Below, in pieces: positions 17,629 to 26,527 of a stretch of DNA of 51,001 nucleotides (positions are counted from its first letter, which is position 1; every line of letters starts with the position of its first letter). A model generated the notes under the pieces. It saw nothing but the letters and a program-made list of their open reading frames with translations, had not been told where the DNA came from and searched no databases. The position numbers and the translations under genes were made by a program. The stretch is taken from the IMG/VR virus record IMGVR_UViG_3300042874_000108, positions 1-51,001 of that record; one strand, written 5' to 3'. This stretch comes from a virus (lineage: Duplodnaviria; Caudoviricetes).

Positions 17629-17905
17629 GCAGCGCAACGATACACGGCCAGCGTCTCCTAACGGGGGCGTTGTCCGGGTCTTGGTTGGCCCAAAGGCAGG
17701 GCAGCGCACTGCACGGCACGGCAAGGCAACGCACTGCATAGCAACGCAACGATACACGGCCAACGTCTCCTAACGGGGGCGTTGTCCGGGTCTTGGTTGA
17801 CCCAAGTGCACCGCAGGGCAAAGCAGTGCAACGCCCAGAAAAACACGGCACGGCAACGCAACGCAACGACACACGGAACCGGCGAGGAATATTCCGAGCC
17901 TTTTA
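17629..17905 (+). ncRNA. Putative structured guide-RNA array: GCA-NN pentamer tracts alternating with a conserved two-hairpin repeat
   Basis: 60-bp repeat at 17634-17693 and 17746-17805 (two mismatches, both keeping stems via G-U); 11 GCA-NN pentamers at 17696-17750; 12-unit tract at 17808-17867. Confidence 0.7.
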
Positions 17906-17919
17906 TAGAGGAAGCGAAA

Positions 17920-18519
17920 ATGGCAATTCAGCAAGCAGCAATCACAATTACCGGCATGGACTACCTGCTCCAAAACAACCCGCAGACCGTTGACCCGTTC
18001 AACCACTTCGCCAAGGCCATGAAGAAGATCACCGCCAAGCGCACGGGGAAGACCGAAGACGATCTGATCGAGCTGGGCAACATCGAAACGGAATCGAAGA
18101 TTTACTTCGACGACAACCTCGGTGTGTACGTCCCTTCGCGCTGGCTCACGGAAGCGATCTGCCGCGCGGCGTTCTCGGTAATCAAGATTGGCAAGGACAG
18201 GATGCGCGGCGGTATCTTCGCTACCGACGGCAAGGCCAAGTTGTCGTATGAGGGCATGGGCAAAGTCAAGACCATTACCGACGTGGTGAGGCTCCCGGAG
18301 TTCCGCCACCGCGCCTTGCTGCCGCAGGGAGCCGTGCGTATTGCAAAGGACTTCCCGATTTTCAAGAACTGGTCTTTCTCAACGGTGCTTGAGTTCGACG
18401 ACACGGTTATCGACCTCGCTGGGCTGCGCCAGGTTACTGAGCGGACAGCGAAGTACGTCGGCTTCGGTGACTTCCGCCCCACCTTCGGTCGTGCCACTGC
18501 GGAGGTGCAAGGTGTCTAA
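17920..18519 (+). CDS. Stand-alone Cas7/RAMP-like RNA-binding protein (Vipr-like)
   Basis: GAGG RBS, ATG 17920, 199 aa; ITITG..LL beta strand, YVPSRWLTEAI helix (cf. RAMP IPGSSLKG), C-terminal Gly-rich loop VGFGDFRPTFGR. Confidence 0.7.
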   Translation: MAIQQAAITITGMDYLLQNNPQTVDPFNHFAKAMKKITAKRTGKTEDDLIELGNIETESKIYFDDNLGVYVPSRWLTEAICRAAFSVIKIGKDRMRGGIFATDGKAKLSYEGMGKVKTITDVVRLPEFRHRALLPQGAVRIAKDFPIFKNWSFSTVLEFDDTVIDLAGLRQVTERTAKYVGFGDFRPTFGRATAEVQGV

Positions 18520-18928
18520 AGAACTACTGGTAGAACTTGAGAAGCGCGGCCTCCTTGACTTCGGGGAGGTCATTCCCGCCGCCATTGTCCGCGACCTGCT
18601 GGGGCTTGAGTACCCTACGACCGCAACGAAGAAAGAGTTTGACGCCTTGTCCCTGGCTGAACTGAAGGCGGTTGACTACGTTCGTAATGTCCTCCTCGGT
18701 CGCGGCATGTACCTGGCTGGACAAGGCGGCGACTACCGAATCCTGCTTCCCTCGGAGAACGCGAGGCAGATAGAGCTGTACATATCCTCCGCCGACGGTA
18801 AGTTGAGCCGGGCACTGAAGTTGAGTCGGAACACGCCGAAACTGGCGGACAAGAAGCACACGAACGACCAGACGAGTGCGCGCATAATCATGAAGCGCGA
18901 GGGAGTGCGGCGGGGAATCGGCAGATGA
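18512..18928 (+). CDS. Hypothetical accessory protein coupled to the RAMP-like gene
   Basis: GGAGG RBS at 18501, GTG start overlapping the upstream stop, ATGA overlap with the polymerase. Confidence 0.7.
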   Translation: MSKELLVELEKRGLLDFGEVIPAAIVRDLLGLEYPTTATKKEFDALSLAELKAVDYVRNVLLGRGMYLAGQGGDYRILLPSENARQIELYISSADGKLSRALKLSRNTPKLADKKHTNDQTSARIIMKREGVRRGIGR

Positions 18929-21123
18929 CCCCCATAGCCAACATCGACTTCGAGACCTACTCCGAGGCGGGCTTCATCTGGGACGCCGCGCGCAACAAGT
19001 GGGCCGCCCTCCCCGGCGCGTCTCAGGGCAAAAAGGGTCTTCCGGTCGTTGGCGCGTCGGTCTACGTCGGGCACCCCACTTTCGAAGTGCTGACGCTCTC
19101 CTACGACCTGCGGCAAGGCGCCGGCGTTCAAAGGTGGCAACCGGGCTTACCGCCACCCGTTGACCTGCTGGCGCACGTCGCCTCGGGCGGCCTGGTGTCA
19201 GGCTGGAACGCGGCGGGCTTCGAAATGAAAGTGTGGCGTCACTGTGTCGATCGCTACCGCTGGCCGCCGCTGCCGCTTTCACAGGTGCGGGACACGATGG
19301 CCGCCGCGCGTGCCTTCTGCCTGCCGGGGGCGCTGGGTAAGGCCGGAGAAGTGATGGCGCTCTCGCAACAGAAGAACGCCGACGGCAAGCGCCTGCTCGA
19401 CAAGTTCAGCATTCCGCGCAACCCAACCCAGCCCAACCCGGCGTTACGCATCAGGCCCGCCGACGACCCTGCCGACGCCGAGAAGCTGTACGCCTACTGC
19501 GACGAAGACGTGCTCACCGAGCAAGAGGCGGGCAGCCTCATCCCACCGCTGTCGCCCAAAGAGTTGGCCGCATGGCAAACCGATCGCGGCATCAACGACC
19601 GGGGCGTGCAGATTGACCTCGAAGGCGCCCACAACTGCATCGCCATCCTTAACCAGGCGCATAGGCAATACAACGCCGAATTGCGCGCGCTCACGGGCGG
19701 CACGGTTGAACGCGCGTCGGAACTGGCCAAGCTGCAAGGCTGGCTGGGGGCGCAGGGGGTCGTCATGGGGTCAATGGACGAGGAGGCGATTGGCTCGACC
19801 CTCGCACAAGAGCTACCCGCCCCCGCCCGCCGCGCCCTTGAAATCAGGCAAGCGGTCGGCAGCGCGTCGGTCAAGAAGGTCTTTGCAATGGCCAACACGG
19901 TGTCTCGGGACGGGCGGCTGCGAGACCTCTTCATTTACCACGGTGCGAGAACAGGGAGACCGACTGGTTCTGGCCCTCAGCCAACCAATCTCCCCAACAG
20001 CGCTGGGGTCTTTGCCCTCGAATGTGAGGGCTGCGACAAGCACTACGGCGTCAGCCTGCCCTCGTGCCCGTGGTGCGGTGCGTCGGCCACCCTGGCGCAC
20101 ACGGTCGAGTGGGGGGCGGAATGCGCTGAAGACGCGCTTGAGTCCTTCAAGCCGCGCTCGCTCGACTGGGCGGAGTATGTGTGGGGTGACTCGATGGCCG
20201 CGCTGTCCGGCAGCCTGCGGGGGCTGTTCATCGCTGCGCCGGGTCATGACTTGATCTGCTCGGATTACTCCAGCATCGAGGCCGTCGGGCTGGCAATGCT
20301 GGCTGGGGAGCAGTGGCGGATCGACCTGTTCCGTTCACACGGGAAGATTTACGAGATGTCGGCCAGCAAGACCACCGGTATCCCGTTCGAGGAGATTCTC
20401 GAACACAAGAGAAAGACCGGCCAGCACCATCAAGTCCGCAAGCTGGGCAAGGTGCAAGAGTTGGCCCTCGGCTATCAAGGCTGGGTCGGCTCCATGCTCG
20501 CCTTTGGCGCCGACGAGTTCATGTCGGAAGCCGAGATGAAGGAAGCCATACTCGCGTGGCGCGCGGCTTCCCCCGCCATCGTTGAGTTGTGGGGCGGCCA
20601 GGAGCGCAACTGGCAGCCCGAGTACTACGGCGTGGAGGGCGCGTTCGTGCAGGCCGTCCTGACTCCCGGCGCGGCGTACCGCACACACGGCATGGACTTC
20701 CAGATGCGCGGCGATGCGCTGTTCCTGCGGTTGCTGTCCGGGCGGGAGTTGACCTACCACCGCCCCCGGCTCGCCCCCAGCACCCGCCGCCCCGGCACGT
20801 GCTCGATCAGTTACGAGGGGTGGAACAGCAACCCCAAGAACGGGCCGCAAGGCTGGCAACGGATGGAGACGTGGGCTGGGAGGCTCGTTGAGAACATCAA
20901 CCAGGCGCAGTGCCGCGACATCCAGTGGCACGGAGTTCAGGCGTTAGAGCGCGCGGGTTACCCGATCGTGCTCCACGTCTACGATGAAGATGTGGCGGAA
21001 GTGCCAGAGGGCTTCGGAAGTATCGAAGAGTTCGAGCGTGTGATGGGCGACTTGCCCGAGTGGTGCGCCGACTGGCCGATCAAAGCGGCAGGCGGCTGGA
21101 GAGGAAAGAGGTATCGCAAATGA
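18925..21123 (+). CDS. polA: Family A DNA polymerase (APSE-like) with 3'-5' exonuclease
   Basis: DFETYSE ExoI, DYSSIE motif A, RKLGKVQELALGY motif B, LHVYDE motif C. Confidence 0.93.
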   Translation: MTPIANIDFETYSEAGFIWDAARNKWAALPGASQGKKGLPVVGASVYVGHPTFEVLTLSYDLRQGAGVQRWQPGLPPPVDLLAHVASGGLVSGWNAAGFEMKVWRHCVDRYRWPPLPLSQVRDTMAAARAFCLPGALGKAGEVMALSQQKNADGKRLLDKFSIPRNPTQPNPALRIRPADDPADAEKLYAYCDEDVLTEQEAGSLIPPLSPKELAAWQTDRGINDRGVQIDLEGAHNCIAILNQAHRQYNAELRALTGGTVERASELAKLQGWLGAQGVVMGSMDEEAIGSTLAQELPAPARRALEIRQAVGSASVKKVFAMANTVSRDGRLRDLFIYHGARTGRPTGSGPQPTNLPNSAGVFALECEGCDKHYGVSLPSCPWCGASATLAHTVEWGAECAEDALESFKPRSLDWAEYVWGDSMAALSGSLRGLFIAAPGHDLICSDYSSIEAVGLAMLAGEQWRIDLFRSHGKIYEMSASKTTGIPFEEILEHKRKTGQHHQVRKLGKVQELALGYQGWVGSMLAFGADEFMSEAEMKEAILAWRAASPAIVELWGGQERNWQPEYYGVEGAFVQAVLTPGAAYRTHGMDFQMRGDALFLRLLSGRELTYHRPRLAPSTRRPGTCSISYEGWNSNPKNGPQGWQRMETWAGRLVENINQAQCRDIQWHGVQALERAGYPIVLHVYDEDVAEVPEGFGSIEEFERVMGDLPEWCADWPIKAAGGWRGKRYRK

Positions 21124-21326
21124 CGGACATCAACCAATTCAGGACGGCTAGACGAAAGATGGAGGGCAGCATCGGAGACGCAGTGGCGGCCGCACTGCTG
21201 GTGTTCCGAGAGAGCACGGGGATGTCCCCGAGGGGCATACAAGTCGAACTCGTTGATGTCTCTGAAGTTGGCGAGATAGAGGCACGCTACTGCCTCGGTA
21301 CGGTGCGTGCCGACGTACCCCTGTAA
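21120..21326 (+). CDS. Hypothetical protein
   Basis: GAGG RBS, ATGA overlap with polymerase stop. Confidence 0.6.
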   Translation: MTDINQFRTARRKMEGSIGDAVAAALLVFRESTGMSPRGIQVELVDVSEVGEIEARYCLGTVRADVPL

Positions 21327-21342
21327 TCCAAGGAGATCAAAA

Positions 21343-21471
21343 ATGAAGCAAGACAACTTTGGGTTTCGTGCCCAGCGCCGGGTGGACGATGAATCCGCCA
21401 ATATCGATGCCGCCATCGTGGTTTTCTGCCTGTGCCTTGCGGCCGCCTGGGTGCTGGGGGGTTTCCTGTGA
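21343..21471 (+). CDS. Small single-TM protein (42 aa)
   Basis: AAGGAG RBS; read directly, below the ORF-track cutoff. Confidence 0.55.
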   Translation: MKQDNFGFRAQRRVDDESANIDAAIVVFCLCLAAAWVLGGFL

Positions 21472-21737
21472 GTGACTTTCATCCCAACAGCGCGGGAGGT
21501 TTGACGTATGCCGCCCAACAAGTCCCAACGAGCCGAGAGCAGCGCAGCGAACTTCTTGCTGACGTTCGTATGATCTTCGACGGCTTGCAGGAACTTTGCG
21601 ACAGCGTTCGCCGTAGCTGGCCGGAGCGGTACCCAATGCCAGGAGACCTCGACGCCCTGCTGGAGTTTCAGGTCTACGCGCTGGCCCGCATCAGGTCGGG
21701 CACGCTGCGGCAGGTATCCAAGGCGGACTTGGGATGA
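21468..21737 (+). CDS. Hypothetical protein
   Basis: GTGA and ATGA coupling. Confidence 0.55.
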   Translation: MSDFHPNSAGGLTYAAQQVPTSREQRSELLADVRMIFDGLQELCDSVRRSWPERYPMPGDLDALLEFQVYALARIRSGTLRQVSKADLG

Positions 21738-22009
21738 TCCTCACGGAAGAGCTCACCCTCGTGTTCCAGAAGAAGCTGGCCAAAACCGGGAGCCTTGACG
21801 CGGCGCTCACCAAGGCGCTTTGGGTTGCCTACAAGGCTGGGCAGCCGTGCGCGGGGGGTTGCCACGAGGCGCTGGACGAGCTACATAAACTCCGTGAAGC
21901 GGCGCAGCACTACTACGACAACTGCCTTCGAGGGGAGTCGGCGTTATGCCACGACGAAAAACAACAGGAGGCGCTGGCAGCGCTTCGGGACGCACTGGAC
22001 AAGACATGA
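21734..22009 (+). CDS. Hypothetical protein
   Basis: 91 aa, coupled at both ends. Confidence 0.6.
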   Translation: MILTEELTLVFQKKLAKTGSLDAALTKALWVAYKAGQPCAGGCHEALDELHKLREAAQHYYDNCLRGESALCHDEKQQEALAALRDALDKT

Positions 22010-22407
22010 GCCTTTTTTGTGAAGTTGGTGGCGACGACACGGCCTGGTGGTGGTATCCGCCCTCCCACGAGGAGCCGCTGGCGACCAAGCGCAGCCGAAA
22101 GTGCTGCTCGTGCGACCATAAGATCGACGTTGGCGACACGGCGCGGAAGGTTCCGCGCTACCGGCCGCCAACTCTGTTCGAAGACAAGCACGGTATAGCC
22201 GGCGACGAAGTGCCTCTGGCCGACTGGTATCTGTGTGAGACATGCGGCGACCTGGCGGACTCAATTTCGGAGGCCGGGCTTTGCTACCGCCTCGGCAGAG
22301 ACAGCCTGCGAGATCAGATCGCTGAGCACCGGCGGGAGGAAGCGGCGCGCACAGTAACAACCTCAACTCAACAAACAGGAGAGCAACTTCACCCGAATGC
22401 CGGATAA
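22006..22407 (+). CDS. Zn-finger protein
   Basis: KCCSC...YLCETC; last gene of the rightward operon. Confidence 0.6.
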   Translation: MSLFCEVGGDDTAWWWYPPSHEEPLATKRSRKCCSCDHKIDVGDTARKVPRYRPPTLFEDKHGIAGDEVPLADWYLCETCGDLADSISEAGLCYRLGRDSLRDQIAEHRREEAARTVTTSTQQTGEQLHPNAG

Positions 22408-22667
22408 ACAGTGAGTGCCGCCGCTTCTCCCGTCCACCTGCCAGTCGGCATCTCGACGTAAGCCTGTAGCGTCCATCCCCCGTGCTGATCGAAGTCGGCA
22501 GTCAGGGTGGTGTAGCGCACGGTGGTGCCGCTCACAGTTGCAACCCACGTCACGGCAGTTCCGTCGGGCTTCTTGGCCTTGACGTTGACCAGCGTAGCCG
22601 TGGACAGGTCGGCGCCGGTGTCGAGTTCGACCAGTGTCCCGGTATCCCCCACATAAACTTTGCTCAT
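22389..22667 (-). CDS. Small beta-rich (BppU/Ig-like) virion protein
   Basis: YVGDTGT...KKPDGT..W...Y...DFDQHGGW.LQAYV; GGAG RBS. Confidence 0.65.
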   Translation of the reverse strand: MSKVYVGDTGTLVELDTGADLSTATLVNVKAKKPDGTAVTWVATVSGTTVRYTTLTADFDQHGGWTLQAYVEMPTGRWTGEAAALTVYPAFG

Positions 22668-22834
22668 GTGTTCTCCAATTCAATAAACGAGGCCAGCGCC
22701 ACCGTCCTGCGCAGCGCCGAGGAAAGCACCACGGACTGCTCGACGGTGCTGGCGGCAATCACGGACTGCTCGACGGTGCTGGTGGCAATCACAGATTGTC
22801 GGAGGGTGCTTAGCAGCGAAAGTACTTCAATCAT
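22664..22834 (-). CDS. Small protein with 10-aa repeats (STVEQSVIAA)
   Basis: Read directly, 56 aa, ATGA overlaps at both ends; 30-bp tandem repeat at 22730-22810. Confidence 0.55.
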   Translation of the reverse strand: MIEVLSLLSTLRQSVIATSTVEQSVIAASTVEQSVVLSSALRRTVALASFIELENT

Positions 22835-23001
22835 CTGTCAGACCTCAGTACAACGCTCTTCACCAGGACGGACGCACGGCTCACGGTGCGCAGAAGGGGC
22901 GAAGCCAGCCGCACAACCTCCCGCAGCACTCCCGCCGCCACCCCGCCCCAGCTCGCGCCCCACGCCGAAGCCTTCCAGCTACTACCCCAAGGGTTGCTCA
23001 T
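22831..23001 (-). CDS. Small Trp/Gly-repeat virion-associated protein
   Basis: MSNPWGSSWKASAWGASWG; coupled to neighbours. Confidence 0.55.
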   Translation of the reverse strand: MSNPWGSSWKASAWGASWGGVAAGVLREVVRLASPLLRTVSRASVLVKSVVLRSDR

Positions 23002-24209
23002 GCCGGCCCCCACTCATTGCCGACCGTGCCTGCTCCGGTCACGGCCACGTTGTTGACCTTGCGTATGTCCGCCCACACTGGTGTTGCCTGAGCTGCCGCC
23101 AGCAGGGCCGCAGACATGTCGGCTTTCGAGATTTGAGCGTCGGTCAGCACGGTCATCCCGGACGTGTTGGTGATGCTGGAGACGCCACGAATATATATCA
23201 TCCCGGCAGTGCAGGTGCTATCGATAATAACCTCCCCACCACCACCTACGTCTAGGCAAACAGTATTCGCGGCGTTCGTGCTGTTGACGAACTTGATCGG
23301 GCCTGCCCAGTTACGGAATGCGAGATTATGCGTGCCGGGAGCGGACAGGTCGATCTTCGGCAAGTCAGTAGTTCCTAATCCGACGCAGCCCGATTTACAA
23401 TCCACAAAATACGTGTTGGCAGTGTTTGGTGTAATGGTGATATTACCCGTCAGCACGCACCCCTCAGCAAACCCGAAGAACCCGCCCACCTCTGACACCA
23501 CGCAGTGCTTTAGGTACGTGTTGCCGTCAAGCGTGGACGTGTTCAGGATCAAATCCTCGAACTGCACGTCAGTCACCGTGGTCGCCGCTGCCACCTGCAC
23601 GAAGGTGCGAATGGCGTGAGAGCCACACACCACGAAGCCAGACAGATCGTCCCCGGCACCGAAAGAGTAGTTCCCCGGAGCAAGCTGGAACTCTCCCAAC
23701 CCCCGCACCTGCGCGATCAGTTTGGCATCGGCGACGTTGTTCGACGGCCGGGCATACGTCCCTATTGGGTAGCCAGTGCCCGCCACACCGTTCACTGGGT
23801 CGTAGACCACGCGCCCGTCATACGCCCCGTCCTCAGTTGCCCGGATGCCCACCAGGCCCGCTGAGTTGCTCGGAACAAGTGACACCTGATTCGGGTTGCG
23901 CCGGGAGTGAATGTTGTTGTTCGACCCCACGATGTTGACTTGGTACTGCGCATCCTCGAAGGTCACAGTGTACGGGGTCAACACTTCGATGGTGCGGGCG
24001 TAGTCCAGCCCGTCAATCGTCACCACGGTATTGTGGACATGCGTCTTCGGCAGGTAGATGCCGTCTTCACTATCCATCCAGTCGTCGAGCCAGTGGCGAA
24101 ACAGGTTGCTGTCCAGCTCCCGAATCTCGTTCGGTGTTGACTGGATCAGCGTCAAGTCGGCCTTGGGCACGTTTATGACGAAGGTTGCAGGGTTTATGAA
24201 GATCGTCAT
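22998..24209 (-). CDS. Accessory virion/tail fibre-like protein
   Basis: 403 aa, beta-rich with solenoid-like middle, in late operon. Confidence 0.65.
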   Translation of the reverse strand: MTIFINPATFVINVPKADLTLIQSTPNEIRELDSNLFRHWLDDWMDSEDGIYLPKTHVHNTVVTIDGLDYARTIEVLTPYTVTFEDAQYQVNIVGSNNNIHSRRNPNQVSLVPSNSAGLVGIRATEDGAYDGRVVYDPVNGVAGTGYPIGTYARPSNNVADAKLIAQVRGLGEFQLAPGNYSFGAGDDLSGFVVCGSHAIRTFVQVAAATTVTDVQFEDLILNTSTLDGNTYLKHCVVSEVGGFFGFAEGCVLTGNITITPNTANTYFVDCKSGCVGLGTTDLPKIDLSAPGTHNLAFRNWAGPIKFVNSTNAANTVCLDVGGGGEVIIDSTCTAGMIYIRGVSSITNTSGMTVLTDAQISKADMSAALLAAAQATPVWADIRKVNNVAVTGAGTVGNEWGPA

Positions 24210-26524
24210 TCGTCACTCGTCAGCAAAATAGTTACATCAAGCCCGCTGGCGGTAATCGTGCCGGCCACTACATTCGGCTTGTAGAGCGTGCCAAGAGCAA
24301 CCGTAGCGCGGCGCACGTTGCCAGTCACAGGCGTGTCCCCGGCGTAAGCGTAGCTACCCGTGACGACCCCGGAGGCGTTGGTCACACCTGACAAAATGTC
24401 AGTACCGTCGGATGTCTTCTCGACCAGCACGCGGGCGTTCTCAATCGCCGCCAACGTGCTCGCGTCTTTCACCGTCACCGTCACCGTCACGGCGTTCTGC
24501 ACCACCACTGTCGCCCCGGCAGTTCTGATGCTCGGGGTCGACCCACCCCCTGTGATATTGAGCGTGACCGTGCCACTGGCGATGTTCACATAGATCGCTT
24601 CGTTGCCGGTGCTGCCGTTGGTCGCAGCGTATCCAGTGAACGTGAGGCCGTCGAGACTGACCGTCCCTGCCGTACCCCCGACCTCTACTGCGTGCCCTGT
24701 GCCGCTGCTGGTGAACGCGCAGTCAGTGATATTGTCCATGTCGCCAAGGGTGGCGCTGGTGATGGTGCTGCTCTTGAACACGGTGCTGGCGATGGCCGCG
24801 CTGTTCTGCGTGATCGTCGGACAGTTCGTGAAGCTCATCCCCGTGAAGGTGGTCACGTTGCGAAGCTGTACGTCCCCCGCACCGTTTACCACGACACCGG
24901 TAAAGTCGTAGGTCGCGCTGGCACTTGCAGAGGCGTGGATGCGCCAGTGGAATTTGTTTGCTGAGGCAAACCCTGTGCCGTTCAGGTCAATCGTGTCTGT
25001 CGCGCCGGGATAAAATGTCCACCCCACGGAGTCGTCCACGCCGTTGTAGTTGACCCGCTTTTTGGTAGAATCCTTGCGCCCAGGGAACTCTACCGCGCCA
25101 CCCGCGATCTTGAGGTACACCGAGTTCGTCCCACCGTCGCCGAACTGTATGCTCTGCAAGCACAGCATTTGGTTCGACCCTTGGAGCAGGCTGCTCATGC
25201 GCTCTTTGGCGACCGCCGCTGTTGCGACAATGCCGGGGATGTCAATCGGTTCCGCCGCCACACCGCCAGCCATAACCAACGTGTCCATCGCCCACAGTGG
25301 CCCGAACGACGCGGTGTTTTGCAGCACGCCCGCGCCCCCGTTCCAGAACCCATAAAACCGCACGTCCGCACTATCTAGTGTCCCGTTGGTTGCGATGGTG
25401 TCTGTGTTGGAAGCGCTCACGATCAACGGCTGGATGTACCCGGCAGGTAGCGCCACGTCAGAACCGTGCACCTGCCACACTGCCCAGTTTGCTCCAGCAG
25501 TTGCACCAGACCGCATGCCCATCCAGACGCCGCGCCCCGAGCCAAGTGTCGAAAGGCGTTGGTTATGCGCGGGTAATGGGTGGCGGAAGTGGCAGAGGAT
25601 GTTGCGCGTGCCCACGTTGTATCTGGCCGCAGCCATGCCCATGTTTGCCCCACTCATCTGCCCGGCGACTGCGGTGTTGGCAACCCCGGTGAACGAGTGG
25701 TACGAGTTAATCCCGATGTCCGCTTGTTTCGACGCGGTGGCGTCGTTGCAGGTCTTCCCGGCGATGCTCGTTCCGAAGTTGGTGTCCGCTGTGTTGGCCA
25801 TAATGGCATTACCGTCGAAAACCACGAACGCCCCGTGGTCGAGGTAGATCGAGGCGTCAGAGGCGACGTAGGGCGGGATAACGGTTGCTCCCCCTGCGGG
25901 CGCACGAACTTCTACCGTTGCTTTTACCCCCGCACCAGCAGTCACCACATCGCAGTACACGGTAGAAGATGTAAGCCCTGCCGCCTTCTTCCAGAACCAG
26001 CCAATCCCGCTACCCTCTGCCGCGCCATCCTGCACCACCAACTCGTGCGCTTCGCCTTCGACGAAGTGTACCCCGGAGACTAAGGCAGAACTGTGCGTTG
26101 CCAGCAGGCATAAGGAGTCTGCTGCACTGGTAGTGATTGTCGGCATGGTGAACCGGGTGGACGACGCCTGTGCCGCGTGGCTTTCAACTGGGGGGCTGCC
26201 GCCGGTGTACCCTTGGTACACATCCCTGACCGCGACTACGACCCCGTTGTACGTCTCATTGACGGTGGAGGTCACGACGATGTCGCCTTCCCCAGACGCG
26301 GCGGCGTACTTCCAGTAGCAAGCGGAGGAGCACGTGTTGTTTTGTGCATACAGTTGCGTCCACGTCCCTACGCCGTTCGAGCACCCCCACGTCGGCGCCC
26401 CTGTATCCCCGGTAACGAACACCAGCAACAGGTCGTTGAGTCCGTAGGCGCACATCGGGATCGTGATCCCGGCATCCGTGGTGACGGTCTCATACGCTGC
26501 CGACGTGTCCCGAATTGCTGGCAT
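24206..26524 (-). CDS. Large accessory virion/tail fibre-like protein
   Basis: 772 aa, Gly/Thr/Ala-rich; beta-helix-like region and C-terminal Ig-like VTVTVKD...IENARV. Confidence 0.7.
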   Translation of the reverse strand: MPAIRDTSAAYETVTTDAGITIPMCAYGLNDLLLVFVTGDTGAPTWGCSNGVGTWTQLYAQNNTCSSACYWKYAAASGEGDIVVTSTVNETYNGVVVAVRDVYQGYTGGSPPVESHAAQASSTRFTMPTITTSAADSLCLLATHSSALVSGVHFVEGEAHELVVQDGAAEGSGIGWFWKKAAGLTSSTVYCDVVTAGAGVKATVEVRAPAGGATVIPPYVASDASIYLDHGAFVVFDGNAIMANTADTNFGTSIAGKTCNDATASKQADIGINSYHSFTGVANTAVAGQMSGANMGMAAARYNVGTRNILCHFRHPLPAHNQRLSTLGSGRGVWMGMRSGATAGANWAVWQVHGSDVALPAGYIQPLIVSASNTDTIATNGTLDSADVRFYGFWNGGAGVLQNTASFGPLWAMDTLVMAGGVAAEPIDIPGIVATAAVAKERMSSLLQGSNQMLCLQSIQFGDGGTNSVYLKIAGGAVEFPGRKDSTKKRVNYNGVDDSVGWTFYPGATDTIDLNGTGFASANKFHWRIHASASASATYDFTGVVVNGAGDVQLRNVTTFTGMSFTNCPTITQNSAAIASTVFKSSTITSATLGDMDNITDCAFTSSGTGHAVEVGGTAGTVSLDGLTFTGYAATNGSTGNEAIYVNIASGTVTLNITGGGSTPSIRTAGATVVVQNAVTVTVTVKDASTLAAIENARVLVEKTSDGTDILSGVTNASGVVTGSYAYAGDTPVTGNVRRATVALGTLYKPNVVAGTITASGLDVTILLTSDE

Positions 26525-26527
26525 GGG

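Noticed and set aside
17634-17870. Canonical CRISPR mini-array or simple microsatellite
   Set aside because: The repeat is 60 bp with two hairpins, and the intervening tracts are internally periodic with variable NN, which fits neither
17222-17919. Cys/Arg-rich ORFs across the pentamer array and the 17782 start of the RAMP-like gene
   Set aside because: These are translations of the 5-nt periodic repeat; the RBS supports ATG 17920
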